From positions 1 to 32,675 of the IMG/VR virus record IMGVR_UViG_3300043411_001113: a stretch of 32,675 nt of DNA; one strand, written 5' to 3'. The notes under the pieces were generated by a model that saw only the letters and a program-made list of their open reading frames with translations, was not told the origin of the DNA and made no database searches. Numbering within the stretch: position 1 is the first letter of the stretch; each line of letters opens with the position of its first letter. The position numbers and the translations under genes were made by a program. Source of the DNA: a virus (taxonomy: Duplodnaviria > Caudoviricetes). Of the stretch, positions 7,723 to 16,734 are shown in pieces.

Positions 7723-9633
7723 ATGGCACGTCGCCTCGTTGACTTCGCGGAGAACCTGAGCGAAGGCACAACCGCGTCGACGACCGTTGTCAACCACCTC
7801 CAGATCGTGGCCCCTCTAGAAAACGGCAAGACCTACGCCATCCTCTGGTCCTATCAGTGGGGCGGTGACGATACCTCCACGGTTCTCCGCACCAGGGTCA
7901 TGGACACCACGGGCTCCACGCAGCTCGCCCTGACCAACCAGACCATCCGCGACACCACTGACTACGTCTGGCAAGGCGGCGTCTCCCGCTACGTCGCCGC
8001 CGCCACGGCAAATCGCACGTTCTCCCTCGAATTCCGGCGCAATTCCGGCACCGGGACGATGAAGTTCAAGACCTGCCGCATCCTGGTCTTGGAACTCGGC
8101 GCGGAAGACCAGTCGGCGGCGACCCTGGGCAACCAGATCACCAATTCCGCGACGCTGGTGTCGGCGCTCGACCTCACTTTCACCCCCGCAACCGGCGGCG
8201 ATTACCTGTTCCTGGCAACCGCCTGCCTCGGGAACGGCGGCAACACCGACGCGGAGTTCACCACCCCCGGCGGGACATCGGTCAACAGTTGCGCCGGCAA
8301 CATCATGACCAACGGCAGCTTCGCCGTCTGGGGCGCGATGTGGGTCGAGACGCTGTCGGCGGTTTCCAGCACCGCTTCCATTCGCTGGCGGTCGCGCACC
8401 GGCACGAACCAGAACATCCAATCCTGTGTCATCGTCGCGATCCGGCTCGATGCGCTGCATTCCGCGCAGACGACGCAGGACGATGCCGCGGACAGCGGCA
8501 CCAGCACCAGTTACACCACAACCGAGACCGTCTCCGCGACGAGCCTGGAGGCGAACGTCCGCGACACCGTCGCCATCTACGCGGTGACACTGTCCAACAG
8601 TTCGACCACGGAATCTTCGTACATCGAGGCCCGCGAGGACTCGACGGTGATGATGGAGGGCCTGCACGAGGCCCGAAGCGCCGCCGGGACATCCGTGTTC
8701 GGGATGCTGGCGTACCAGCCGACGTCATCCTCGTCATCGATCGTCTTCGACCTTCGCCGGAAGTCCGAGGGCGTCAACACCACTGGCGTCCAGTTCGCCG
8801 CAGTGGCGGTGCTCGAACTGAACGGGTCGTTTCCGCAGGCCATGTCTGCGACGCTGACCGGCACGGCCAGCATCCGGAAGTCGGTCCAGAAGCGGCTGGC
8901 TGCCACGCTCACGATGACCGCGACGCTACTCGCCAGGGTCCTGTTCACCTGCGCCCTCGTCGCCGGCATGGCGATGACCGCGTCCATGCGCCGCGAGGTC
9001 CACAAGGGCCTTTCCGCGACGCTCACGGCCACGGGAACGATCGTCAAGACCGTCCACAAGGCGCTGTCCGCAGCCTGCACGCTTACCGGCTCCATCGCCA
9101 AGGCATTCCCCGTCCACCTCGTGGCGTCGCTCACGGCGACCGCGAGCATGACGCGGACCATCTACAAGTTCCTGTCCGGCCCCCTGCCGATGACCGGCGT
9201 TCTGGGCAAGATCAAGGCGGTGGTGGTCAACATGTCGGCGTCGCTCGGGATGACCGCGACGTTGCGGGCCTCGACGTTGTTCATCCGCTCGCTGTCCGCC
9301 TCGATCACGCTATCGGCCACGGTCCAGCGCACGATTTCCAAGATGCTGTCGGCCCCGCTGCCGGTCATCGCCCGGCCCATCGCGTGGGTCGCCAGCATGT
9401 TCGCGGCCACCCGGCATGACAAGCCGAACTGGAACCAGTGCGCCCGGTGCTGGCGCAAGCAGCGGCCGAACAAGATGCACCAGCAGATGGAATACCGCGG
9501 GCCGAGGTTGGTGTGGACAGGCGCCTATGTCTGCCACTCCTGTCTCGACGATCCGCAGCCTCAGGAAATCTGGCCGAGAGAGACGGGGGGCGATCCCAAG
9601 CCCGTCATCCTCGCCCGACCGCGACGGGACTAG
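7723..9633 (+). CDS. Multi-domain fibre protein: three beta domains, about ten 18-20 aa repeats, C-terminal Zn ribbon
   Basis: Three similar ~125 aa units ending ILVLEL, IVAIRL and VAVLEL; L-S-A-x-L-T repeats; CARC...WTG..VCHSC...DP. Confidence 0.75.
   Translation: MARRLVDFAENLSEGTTASTTVVNHLQIVAPLENGKTYAILWSYQWGGDDTSTVLRTRVMDTTGSTQLALTNQTIRDTTDYVWQGGVSRYVAAATANRTFSLEFRRNSGTGTMKFKTCRILVLELGAEDQSAATLGNQITNSATLVSALDLTFTPATGGDYLFLATACLGNGGNTDAEFTTPGGTSVNSCAGNIMTNGSFAVWGAMWVETLSAVSSTASIRWRSRTGTNQNIQSCVIVAIRLDALHSAQTTQDDAADSGTSTSYTTTETVSATSLEANVRDTVAIYAVTLSNSSTTESSYIEAREDSTVMMEGLHEARSAAGTSVFGMLAYQPTSSSSSIVFDLRRKSEGVNTTGVQFAAVAVLELNGSFPQAMSATLTGTASIRKSVQKRLAATLTMTATLLARVLFTCALVAGMAMTASMRREVHKGLSATLTATGTIVKTVHKALSAACTLTGSIAKAFPVHLVASLTATASMTRTIYKFLSGPLPMTGVLGKIKAVVVNMSASLGMTATLRASTLFIRSLSASITLSATVQRTISKMLSAPLPVIARPIAWVASMFAATRHDKPNWNQCARCWRKQRPNKMHQQMEYRGPRLVWTGAYVCHSCLDDPQPQEIWPRETGGDPKPVILARPRRD
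8842..9370 (+). repeat. About ten tandem 18-20 aa protein repeats
   Basis: MSATLTGTASIRKSVQKR / LSATLTATGTIVKTVHKA / LVASLTATASMTRTIYKF / LSASITLSATVQRTISKM and others. Confidence 0.8.
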
Positions 9634-9636
9634 CCC

Positions 9637-10341
9637 ATGGCGATGACGTACGCGACCCTGGTGGCCGATGCCCCCGGGTGGGCCAACGACGAGAGCGACG
9701 AGTTCGCCGCCGCCCTCCCGACCCTCCTGGAGCGGGCGCAGGACCGGTGCTCCGATGCCTTCGCCGAGCTGGAGCAGTTCAAGACATCGGTATCCGGCAC
9801 GCTGACCGCGGGCTCCGCGAGCCTCGCCCGGCCGGCGGATGCGATCTTCTTCCGCTCGGTCGAGATCACGGTTTCCGGCTCCCTCCGCCTCCTCGAACGG
9901 CGGGACGTGACCGTGCTGAAGGAGATGTATCCGGCCAACACCGCGCAGGCCGCTCCCCGGTACTACGGGGAGAGCGGGCCGTCGAACATGCGCGTCGCTC
10001 CGACCCCGGACAGCGCCTACGCCTACACGATCTGGTACGCGCGGAAACTGCCGTACCTGTCGGGTTCGACCACATCGAACTGGCTGACGGACTACGCGCC
10101 GAACGCCCTGCAATACGCGCTGATGGTCGAGACCTTCGGGTGGAAGGACTACCCGGACGAAGTGCGGATGTGGCTCGGCTATTTCGGCCGGGCGGTGAAC
10201 GACATCCGCAAGCGCCACGGCCTCAACGAGCGCGACGATTACCGCGCGCTCTACGCCGGATTCTCGACCGACAACCAGGGCGATTTCCCGGTGCCGATGG
10301 GCGTCCGCGCCCGTGTCGCGCCGCAGGATGGGGGTAGCTGA
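9637..10341 (+). CDS. Tail adaptor/tubular protein
   Basis: MTY..L.....W......F...LP, P.YY......VAPTPD..Y and NWLTDYAP.AL.YA...E motifs. Confidence 0.7.
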   Translation: MAMTYATLVADAPGWANDESDEFAAALPTLLERAQDRCSDAFAELEQFKTSVSGTLTAGSASLARPADAIFFRSVEITVSGSLRLLERRDVTVLKEMYPANTAQAAPRYYGESGPSNMRVAPTPDSAYAYTIWYARKLPYLSGSTTSNWLTDYAPNALQYALMVETFGWKDYPDEVRMWLGYFGRAVNDIRKRHGLNERDDYRALYAGFSTDNQGDFPVPMGVRARVAPQDGGS

Positions 10342-12233
10342 TGCCGAGTTCCGCGACACCCATCATCAAGCTGGAGGACCAGGCGACGGGCGAGAACGCC
10401 GCGACCTGGGGCACCAAGACCGACAACAACCTCGAACTGGTCGAGCAGGCCATCAAATCGGTCTACAGCTACTCGTGCGCGGCCACCGGCGACCTGACGC
10501 TCGACGACACTCAGTTCGTCGCCAACGATACCCGGCGGGCGATGATCCGGCTCACCGGGACGCGTTCGATCGCGGGCAACATCATCGTCCCGACGCGCCA
10601 GGGCTGGTGGTTCTTCGAGAACCGGGCCACGGGCGGCTTCGCGATGACCGTCAAGACCTCCGGTGGCACTGGGGTGTCCCTGCCGGCCTCCGGCGGGGTC
10701 TATGGCCTGTTCTGCGACGGCACGGACGTCGTCGACATGAAGCTGGTCAACGACACGCTCTTGCAGGCCGAACTCGGCGCGATCTCGGCCGGCGGGTTCT
10801 ACACGACCTCGTCCTCCTCGAACGCGATCAGCGTGGCCGGGACGAACCTGACGTTCACCACGGCCGAGAGCGGGAAGGCGTTCACCGAGGGCACCCCGCT
10901 GCGGATCGCCCGGACCTCGGACCCTGCGAACTACTACATGGACGCGATCGTCACGTCCTACAGCAGCACGACGCTGATGGTGACGGTGACGGACGCCGTG
11001 GGCTCCGGCACGTTCTCCGCATGGTCGATTTCCGTGGCCGGCGGCCCCTCGATCACGTCCTCGACCATCGTCCGGCGCACGCTCACCACGAACGATACCG
11101 TGGTGCAGGCGGACAATGGCGGGCTGATCGACTGCACGTCCGGGTCCTTCACCGTCACCCTGCTCGCCGCTGCCACTGCCGGGAACGGCTTCAACGTCCG
11201 CATCCTCAACTCCGGGGCCGGAACCATCGTCGTCGATGGCGACGGGTCGGAGACGATCAACGGCGCCGCGAACAAGTCGCTGGCGCAGTACCAGTGCATC
11301 CACCTGGTCTGCAACGGCACGGGCTGGATCATCCTGAGCCCGTCGAAGATCGTGACCTCGGAACTGGGCTCGGGCTCCGCGTCCTCGACGACCTTCCTGC
11401 GCGGCGACCAGACCTGGGCCGCGGCCGGCGCGACGCTGCGGACGGTGTCCTCGAACGACACCCTGGTTGCGTCCGACGACAAGAACATCGTGCGCGTCAC
11501 CGCGTCCGCCGTCACGCTCGCCATGACCGCCGCGGCCACGCTGGGCGCGGGGTGGCGCTGCCGGGTGCAGTGCGGGGGCGACTACAACGACCTTTTCTAT
11601 CTGATCATCAACCCGAATTCGACCGAGGAGATCGACGACCAGTTGCAGATCGTGGCGTATGTCGGCGAGGAATTCGACATCTACTGCGACGGCAGCGGGT
11701 TCCGCACGACGCGCGCCAACGGGCTGGTGTTCTTCGGCGAGCAGGCGGCCCCGACCGCCGCCACGATGGCCCTCTACACGGACAGCGTGTTCTATGACGA
11801 CCCCGAGATCGTGGGCGGCGAAATCCACATCGACGGCCTGAACCAGAGCAACGGCACGGCCCGCGACCTCTATTTCCGGGTCTACGAGAGCGGAGCCGTC
11901 GTCAGCGCCAGCAGCCGCTACTCCTACGGCTACATGACCGCCTACGCGACGCCGGCCGGGGCGGAATCCACGGGCACCGATCAGGTCCCGCTCGCGAATT
12001 TCGACAATGGTTCGCCGGCCTCGGGCCTCATCAGGTTCATCAATGCGCGGACCACGGATGCCCGCACCAGCGGGACGTTCGCGGTGTCCACGGTCGACAC
12101 CCGCACCCCGCGGGCCGGCTCCTGGGGCTTCTCCCTCGGTGAGATCGAGGGTGTCCAGCTCTCGCTGTCCGGCGCCGGCAATTTCGATGCCGGCGTCATC
12201 CGGTACTACGGCATCCGAGCCCGTCGCGCCTGA
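10341..12233 (+). CDS. Tail fibre / receptor-binding protein
   Basis: N-terminal anchor LE.QATGEN..TWG..T..NL...EQAI; two T.TTNDT....D...LAAAT.G.G..SETI modules; LGSGSASSTTFLRGD.TW motif. Confidence 0.8.
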   Translation: MPSSATPIIKLEDQATGENAATWGTKTDNNLELVEQAIKSVYSYSCAATGDLTLDDTQFVANDTRRAMIRLTGTRSIAGNIIVPTRQGWWFFENRATGGFAMTVKTSGGTGVSLPASGGVYGLFCDGTDVVDMKLVNDTLLQAELGAISAGGFYTTSSSSNAISVAGTNLTFTTAESGKAFTEGTPLRIARTSDPANYYMDAIVTSYSSTTLMVTVTDAVGSGTFSAWSISVAGGPSITSSTIVRRTLTTNDTVVQADNGGLIDCTSGSFTVTLLAAATAGNGFNVRILNSGAGTIVVDGDGSETINGAANKSLAQYQCIHLVCNGTGWIILSPSKIVTSELGSGSASSTTFLRGDQTWAAAGATLRTVSSNDTLVASDDKNIVRVTASAVTLAMTAAATLGAGWRCRVQCGGDYNDLFYLIINPNSTEEIDDQLQIVAYVGEEFDIYCDGSGFRTTRANGLVFFGEQAAPTAATMALYTDSVFYDDPEIVGGEIHIDGLNQSNGTARDLYFRVYESGAVVSASSRYSYGYMTAYATPAGAESTGTDQVPLANFDNGSPASGLIRFINARTTDARTSGTFAVSTVDTRTPRAGSWGFSLGEIEGVQLSLSGAGNFDAGVIRYYGIRARRA

Positions 12234-15013
12234 TGCCGTACAAACTCGCGTCCCTGAAGTTCCGCCCCGGCATGGTGCGGGACGACACCGAGTATTCGGC
12301 CGAGGGGACGTGGATCGACGGCGACAAGGTGCGGTTCTACCGCGGCTTCGCCGAGAAGATCGGCGGCTGGCAGCGGATGCAGTCCGCCGCGGTCTCCGGG
12401 AAATGCCGCGGGCTGTTCGCCTGGGCCGACAATGACGGCCTCCGCTGGCTGATGGCCGGCACCCATACGAACCTCTACGTCACCGACACCGACAGCCTCT
12501 ACGATATCACCGGTCTGGGCCGCGTTCGCTCTTTGTGCTATGGTAATGGTAACTGGCTCGCCGTGGGCGAGGGCGGCGAAGCGGCCTACTCGATCGACGG
12601 CACGAACTGGACCATCCTGTCGGATATCGGGATGGGGACGTCCGTCATCCGCGACTGTGCCTATGGCAACGGGACGTGGGTGATCGTCGGGGATCATGCC
12701 CAGGTCGCGAAGTCCACCAATCTCTCGACGTGGGAAGTCGGGACGATCAACGCCTTCATCGGCACCCGGTCCCGCGCCACGATCTACGCCGTCGAGTACG
12801 ACGGTTCCTCGGTCTGGGTGCTGGCGGGCCAGGGCGGCGTCATGGTGACGTCCACGGACCTCACCACATTCACCACGGCCGCGCCCAATTTCGGCGTCTC
12901 CGACATCTACGACGTCCAGCACACGCAACAGGCGTTCGGCGGCACCTATTGCTGGCTCGCCTGTGGCGCGGATGGGAAGGTCCGTTCGTCCATCGTCTCG
13001 GCCGGCGTGCTGGCGACCACCACATGGGGCGTGGTCTCGACCGGCGTCTCGGATGCCGCGTTCTGGACGCTGGAATACAACCAGGACACCACGACGTGGA
13101 TCGCGGCCGGGGAGCGGGCGCGGCTGATGACGGCGGGCACTGCGGTGCCGTCGAGCCTGACGCTCCAGAAATCCTCGTTCCTGGCCGGGCGGAACGTCAC
13201 GATCTACTCGGGCGGCAACCTGACGTCGGTTGCCTTCACCCTGTCCGGCACCACGACCGGGAACGACGTCACCACGGAAACCATCACCGGGCCGAACAAC
13301 GCCACGGTGACCTCGATCAAGCGGTGGCGGGAAATCACCCAGGTCGCGGCGTCCACCGCGGTCCCGTCGAACGTCGAGGTCGGCTATGCCGAGGACCGCG
13401 ACGCGATCTGCGCCGCACAGACCCTTGGTGCCGCCGGGAACCTCGTGATCGCCGGGGCCGATGCCTCGGGCGGCGTCGTGGACTGGGGGCCGGTCGACGA
13501 GACGATCTGGGACATCGGCGTCTATCGTACCGGCGGGGTGACCTACTGGATCGCGGCCGGCGACAACGGCAAGCTGGCGACGGCCTCCGGGGGCACGCCC
13601 TCGTCCTGGACACAGGTCGCCACGACGACGGTCTCCGAAGCCCTCTACGCGGTCATGAACAATGCCGCGGGCCGATGGGTGGCCGGGGGCGAGAACGGCG
13701 CCCTGGTGGCGTCCACGGGCACCGCGGGCACGTCCGGATGGGCGGGGCTGACTTCGCCCTTCGGCGAGGAGGACGCCCCGGAGAACGAGCATGGTTCCGG
13801 CGGCCCCGGGTGGGGCGCCGCGGGCTGGTCCGATCCTCGGGCCGAGGGCGGCGGCTGGTCCGATCCGGCAGCCGCGACCGAAATCTATCCGCGCACCTGG
13901 TCGCTGGGCAAGTGGGGCCAGTACGGCATCGCCAATCCCCGTTTTGGGCGGATCTGGGAATGGCGTCTGGACACCGACGTTTCGGCGCAGGTGGTCTCCG
14001 GCTCCCCTCGTCGGGTGAACGCGACGATGGTGACGTCCGAGAACATCATGGTCGCGCTCGGAAGCGACCAGGACGGCGACTTCGATCCCATGCTGGTCTC
14101 GTGGTCGGATGTCTCGGACAACACGACGTGGGTGCCGCAGTCCGCGAACTATGCGGGCAACCAACGACTGGCCGAGGGCGGTTTCATCGTCGCCGGTCGC
14201 CCGGCCAAGGGCGAGAACCTGATCTGGACCGACACCAGCCTCTATTCGATGGTGTTCCGGGCCGGTGATGCGGACATCCCGTTCGAGTTCACTCTGGTCG
14301 GGAACAATTGCGGCCTGATCGGGCCGAACGCGGTCACCGTGATCGACGGGTCGACGTTCTGGTGGGGCCGCAACGGGGGCTTCTACCTCTACGAGGGCCA
14401 GTTGCCGTTGCAACTCGCCCCGAACCCGGTTCGCCGCTACGTCAACGATCTCCTCGAAAGCGTCGACTGGGAAGAAATCTACGGCGGCGCCAACATCGAA
14501 TACAACGAGGTGGTGTTCTTCTTCCCCCGCTCGGGCGAAGAGGATTGCTCGGACTATGTCGTGTTCAACTACGTCGACAAGACGTGGGCCACGGGCACGA
14601 TGGAGCGCACCGCCTGGCTCGATCGGGGCATCCTGGAGAACCCGGTCGCCGTCGATCATGACGGGGTGTTCTGGTACCACGAGATCGGCCACAACGCGGG
14701 CACGGCCCCGATGACGGCCTTCGTGAAATCGGCCCCGATGGACATCGACGATGGTGATCGTGTGGTCCGGGTCGATGGCTACGCCCCGGACTTCGTGCTG
14801 TCCGGACAGTGCGAACTGATCACGTCCTATCGCCGGTATCCGCAGGACACGCTCCGCACCAAGGGTGCCCTGACCATCAACCCGACGACGCGGCGGGTGG
14901 ATACCCGGCTGGAAGCGCGCCAGGTCGCCATCGAAATCCGCTCCGACGGGCTGGACGACTTCTGGCGGCTCGGCCAGTTGCGGATGAACGTCGGGACGGC
15001 GGGACGGAGGTAG
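12233..15013 (+). CDS. Tail nozzle/stabilisation protein with inserted beta-propeller
   Basis: F.PG...D.T.Y..EG.W.DGDKVRF..G..EKIGGW N-terminus; DP.LV.WSD, LIWTD and WRLG C-terminus. Confidence 0.8.
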   Translation: MPYKLASLKFRPGMVRDDTEYSAEGTWIDGDKVRFYRGFAEKIGGWQRMQSAAVSGKCRGLFAWADNDGLRWLMAGTHTNLYVTDTDSLYDITGLGRVRSLCYGNGNWLAVGEGGEAAYSIDGTNWTILSDIGMGTSVIRDCAYGNGTWVIVGDHAQVAKSTNLSTWEVGTINAFIGTRSRATIYAVEYDGSSVWVLAGQGGVMVTSTDLTTFTTAAPNFGVSDIYDVQHTQQAFGGTYCWLACGADGKVRSSIVSAGVLATTTWGVVSTGVSDAAFWTLEYNQDTTTWIAAGERARLMTAGTAVPSSLTLQKSSFLAGRNVTIYSGGNLTSVAFTLSGTTTGNDVTTETITGPNNATVTSIKRWREITQVAASTAVPSNVEVGYAEDRDAICAAQTLGAAGNLVIAGADASGGVVDWGPVDETIWDIGVYRTGGVTYWIAAGDNGKLATASGGTPSSWTQVATTTVSEALYAVMNNAAGRWVAGGENGALVASTGTAGTSGWAGLTSPFGEEDAPENEHGSGGPGWGAAGWSDPRAEGGGWSDPAAATEIYPRTWSLGKWGQYGIANPRFGRIWEWRLDTDVSAQVVSGSPRRVNATMVTSENIMVALGSDQDGDFDPMLVSWSDVSDNTTWVPQSANYAGNQRLAEGGFIVAGRPAKGENLIWTDTSLYSMVFRAGDADIPFEFTLVGNNCGLIGPNAVTVIDGSTFWWGRNGGFYLYEGQLPLQLAPNPVRRYVNDLLESVDWEEIYGGANIEYNEVVFFFPRSGEEDCSDYVVFNYVDKTWATGTMERTAWLDRGILENPVAVDHDGVFWYHEIGHNAGTAPMTAFVKSAPMDIDDGDRVVRVDGYAPDFVLSGQCELITSYRRYPQDTLRTKGALTINPTTRRVDTRLEARQVAIEIRSDGLDDFWRLGQLRMNVGTAGRR

Positions 15014-15016
15014 GCC

Positions 15017-15337
15017 ATGGATGGCATATCCGCCCTGACGATGGCCGGGCGCGCCGGCAATCTCGGCTACAAGCAGGGGCTCAAGACGCTCGGGATCGGT
15101 GGGCTTGGCCTACAGGTCGCCGAGGAACTTCCGGGCATGGCGCGGCAGTTCTACGACACCGGTTCCGTCGTCGATCCGATCCGGTCGCTGGTCTCGTCGC
15201 TGGTCTCCAGCTACGCGATGGGGCTGATCACGAAGGAAGAGGTGGACGCCCAACTGGGCCGCATCCTGGGCCAGCCGCAGGGTGGAAGCGATATCGAGCG
15301 GCTGATGATGGCGTTGCAGCCGGGCATGGAGCCGTGA
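15017..15337 (+). CDS. Hypothetical protein (possible internal virion protein)
   Basis: Operonic ORF with SD GGAGG; begins GISAL. Confidence 0.6.
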   Translation: MDGISALTMAGRAGNLGYKQGLKTLGIGGLGLQVAEELPGMARQFYDTGSVVDPIRSLVSSLVSSYAMGLITKEEVDAQLGRILGQPQGGSDIERLMMALQPGMEP

Positions 15338-15340
15338 CCG

Positions 15341-16450
15341 ATGGAGGGATACGGACTTTCCTCGCTCGGCCCCACGGTTGGCTTGAGCGGCCTCCCCGAT
15401 CCGATGGGCGACGCGACAGCCGCGCTTGAGGCCCGTCGGCGCCAGCAGGTCACGAACGCCGGCTATCCGGGCGCTGCGGCGGATGCCACGAACCCGTTCG
15501 AGGGCATTCTGTCCGCGCTGGGTCCGACGATCAACGAGCGTGCAGTTGCTGCCCGCGAGGCGATGCGGCGGGGCGACATGGCGACGGCGAATGCGCTGAA
15601 CCAGTCGCTCGCGCTCGACTTCGGACAGTTTCTAGGCTCGATCAAGCCGATCCGCGCCTATCACGGCTCCCCGCATGACTTCGACCGATTCAGCATGGAC
15701 AAGATCGGGACGGGCGAGGGTGGTCAGGCTTTTGGGCACGGGCTGTACTTCGCAGAGAACGAGGGGGTGGCGCGGTCGTATCGGGACACACTGTCAGACA
15801 TTCTGGTTGGCGGGAAAAAGCTCGATTACTCGACGCCCCTGAGTGCAGCCGAGGACGCTGCTGTATGGGCACACATGGAGGGGTCGCGAGACGCGGCCAT
15901 TCGGCGGATAGAGTCGACGACGCATCATCTACAGAATTCGAGGCACAAAGATATCCCGGAGTTTCGCGCGCTAGAATATCTCCGGTCCGGTGCCCCCCTG
16001 CCAGATGTCAAACCGACCGGCCGCATGTACGAAGTCGACATCCACGCGGACCCGGGGCGGATGCTGGATTTGGACAGTCCTTTGAGCAAGCAGGCGCCCG
16101 AGGTGCGCGACGCCGCGATGAAAGCCATCGCGCGCGGCGCGGAGGATATGGCGCGGGCGCAGGGGATTAGCGGGGCGGACGTTGCCGCAGGCGTTGCCGG
16201 TTCCGCGAACCCAATCAGCATGTTCCCCAATGCGTACAAGGGCGCATCAATGTCGAACGCGCTCCGAGAAGCCGGCATCCCCGGCGTCCGGTACTTCGAC
16301 GCCGCGTCGCGCACTCCGGGCGTCGGCACCCGCAACTACGTCGTCTTCGACGACAAGCTGATCGAGATTCTGCGGAAGTACGGGATCATGGCGCCCGTCG
16401 CGGGTGCCGGCCTAAGCGCGCTCCCCCTCGGTGACGAGGAGGGGATGTGA
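15341..16450 (+). CDS. Putative ADP-ribosyltransferase-like (ART-PolyVal-type) protein
   Basis: AYHGSPHDFDRF...GTGEG.QAFGHGLYFAE..VARSY, MYEVDI and GIPGVRY...RNYVVFDD motifs. Confidence 0.65.
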   Translation: MEGYGLSSLGPTVGLSGLPDPMGDATAALEARRRQQVTNAGYPGAAADATNPFEGILSALGPTINERAVAAREAMRRGDMATANALNQSLALDFGQFLGSIKPIRAYHGSPHDFDRFSMDKIGTGEGGQAFGHGLYFAENEGVARSYRDTLSDILVGGKKLDYSTPLSAAEDAAVWAHMEGSRDAAIRRIESTTHHLQNSRHKDIPEFRALEYLRSGAPLPDVKPTGRMYEVDIHADPGRMLDLDSPLSKQAPEVRDAAMKAIARGAEDMARAQGISGADVAAGVAGSANPISMFPNAYKGASMSNALREAGIPGVRYFDAASRTPGVGTRNYVVFDDKLIEILRKYGIMAPVAGAGLSALPLGDEEGM

Positions 16451-16722
16451 CCCAAATCCGCATCCCGCCGCTCAACGGCACCTCTGCCCCCGAAATCCAG
16501 CAATGGGCGCGGCAGGTCTCGCAGGCCGTGGAAAAGACACTGGCGGGCCTCGTGGCCGACATCAACGCATCGCCGATCAGATCCTACGAGGTCGACGGCT
16601 TGCCCGACCCGACGGGGACCAAGCGGGTGATCTACGTCTCGGACGAGACGGGCGGCGCGGTGCTGGCGTTCAACGACGGGCAAGTATGGCGCAGATGCAC
16701 CGACCGCAACATCGTCGAGTAA
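16447..16722 (+). CDS. Small tail protein (needle/plug-like position)
   Basis: GTGA overlap; N-terminal helix plus LP...IYVSDETGGAVLAFNDG..WRR domain. Confidence 0.65.
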   Translation: MTQIRIPPLNGTSAPEIQQWARQVSQAVEKTLAGLVADINASPIRSYEVDGLPDPTGTKRVIYVSDETGGAVLAFNDGQVWRRCTDRNIVE

Positions 16723-16734
16723 GGAGGGCTGCCG

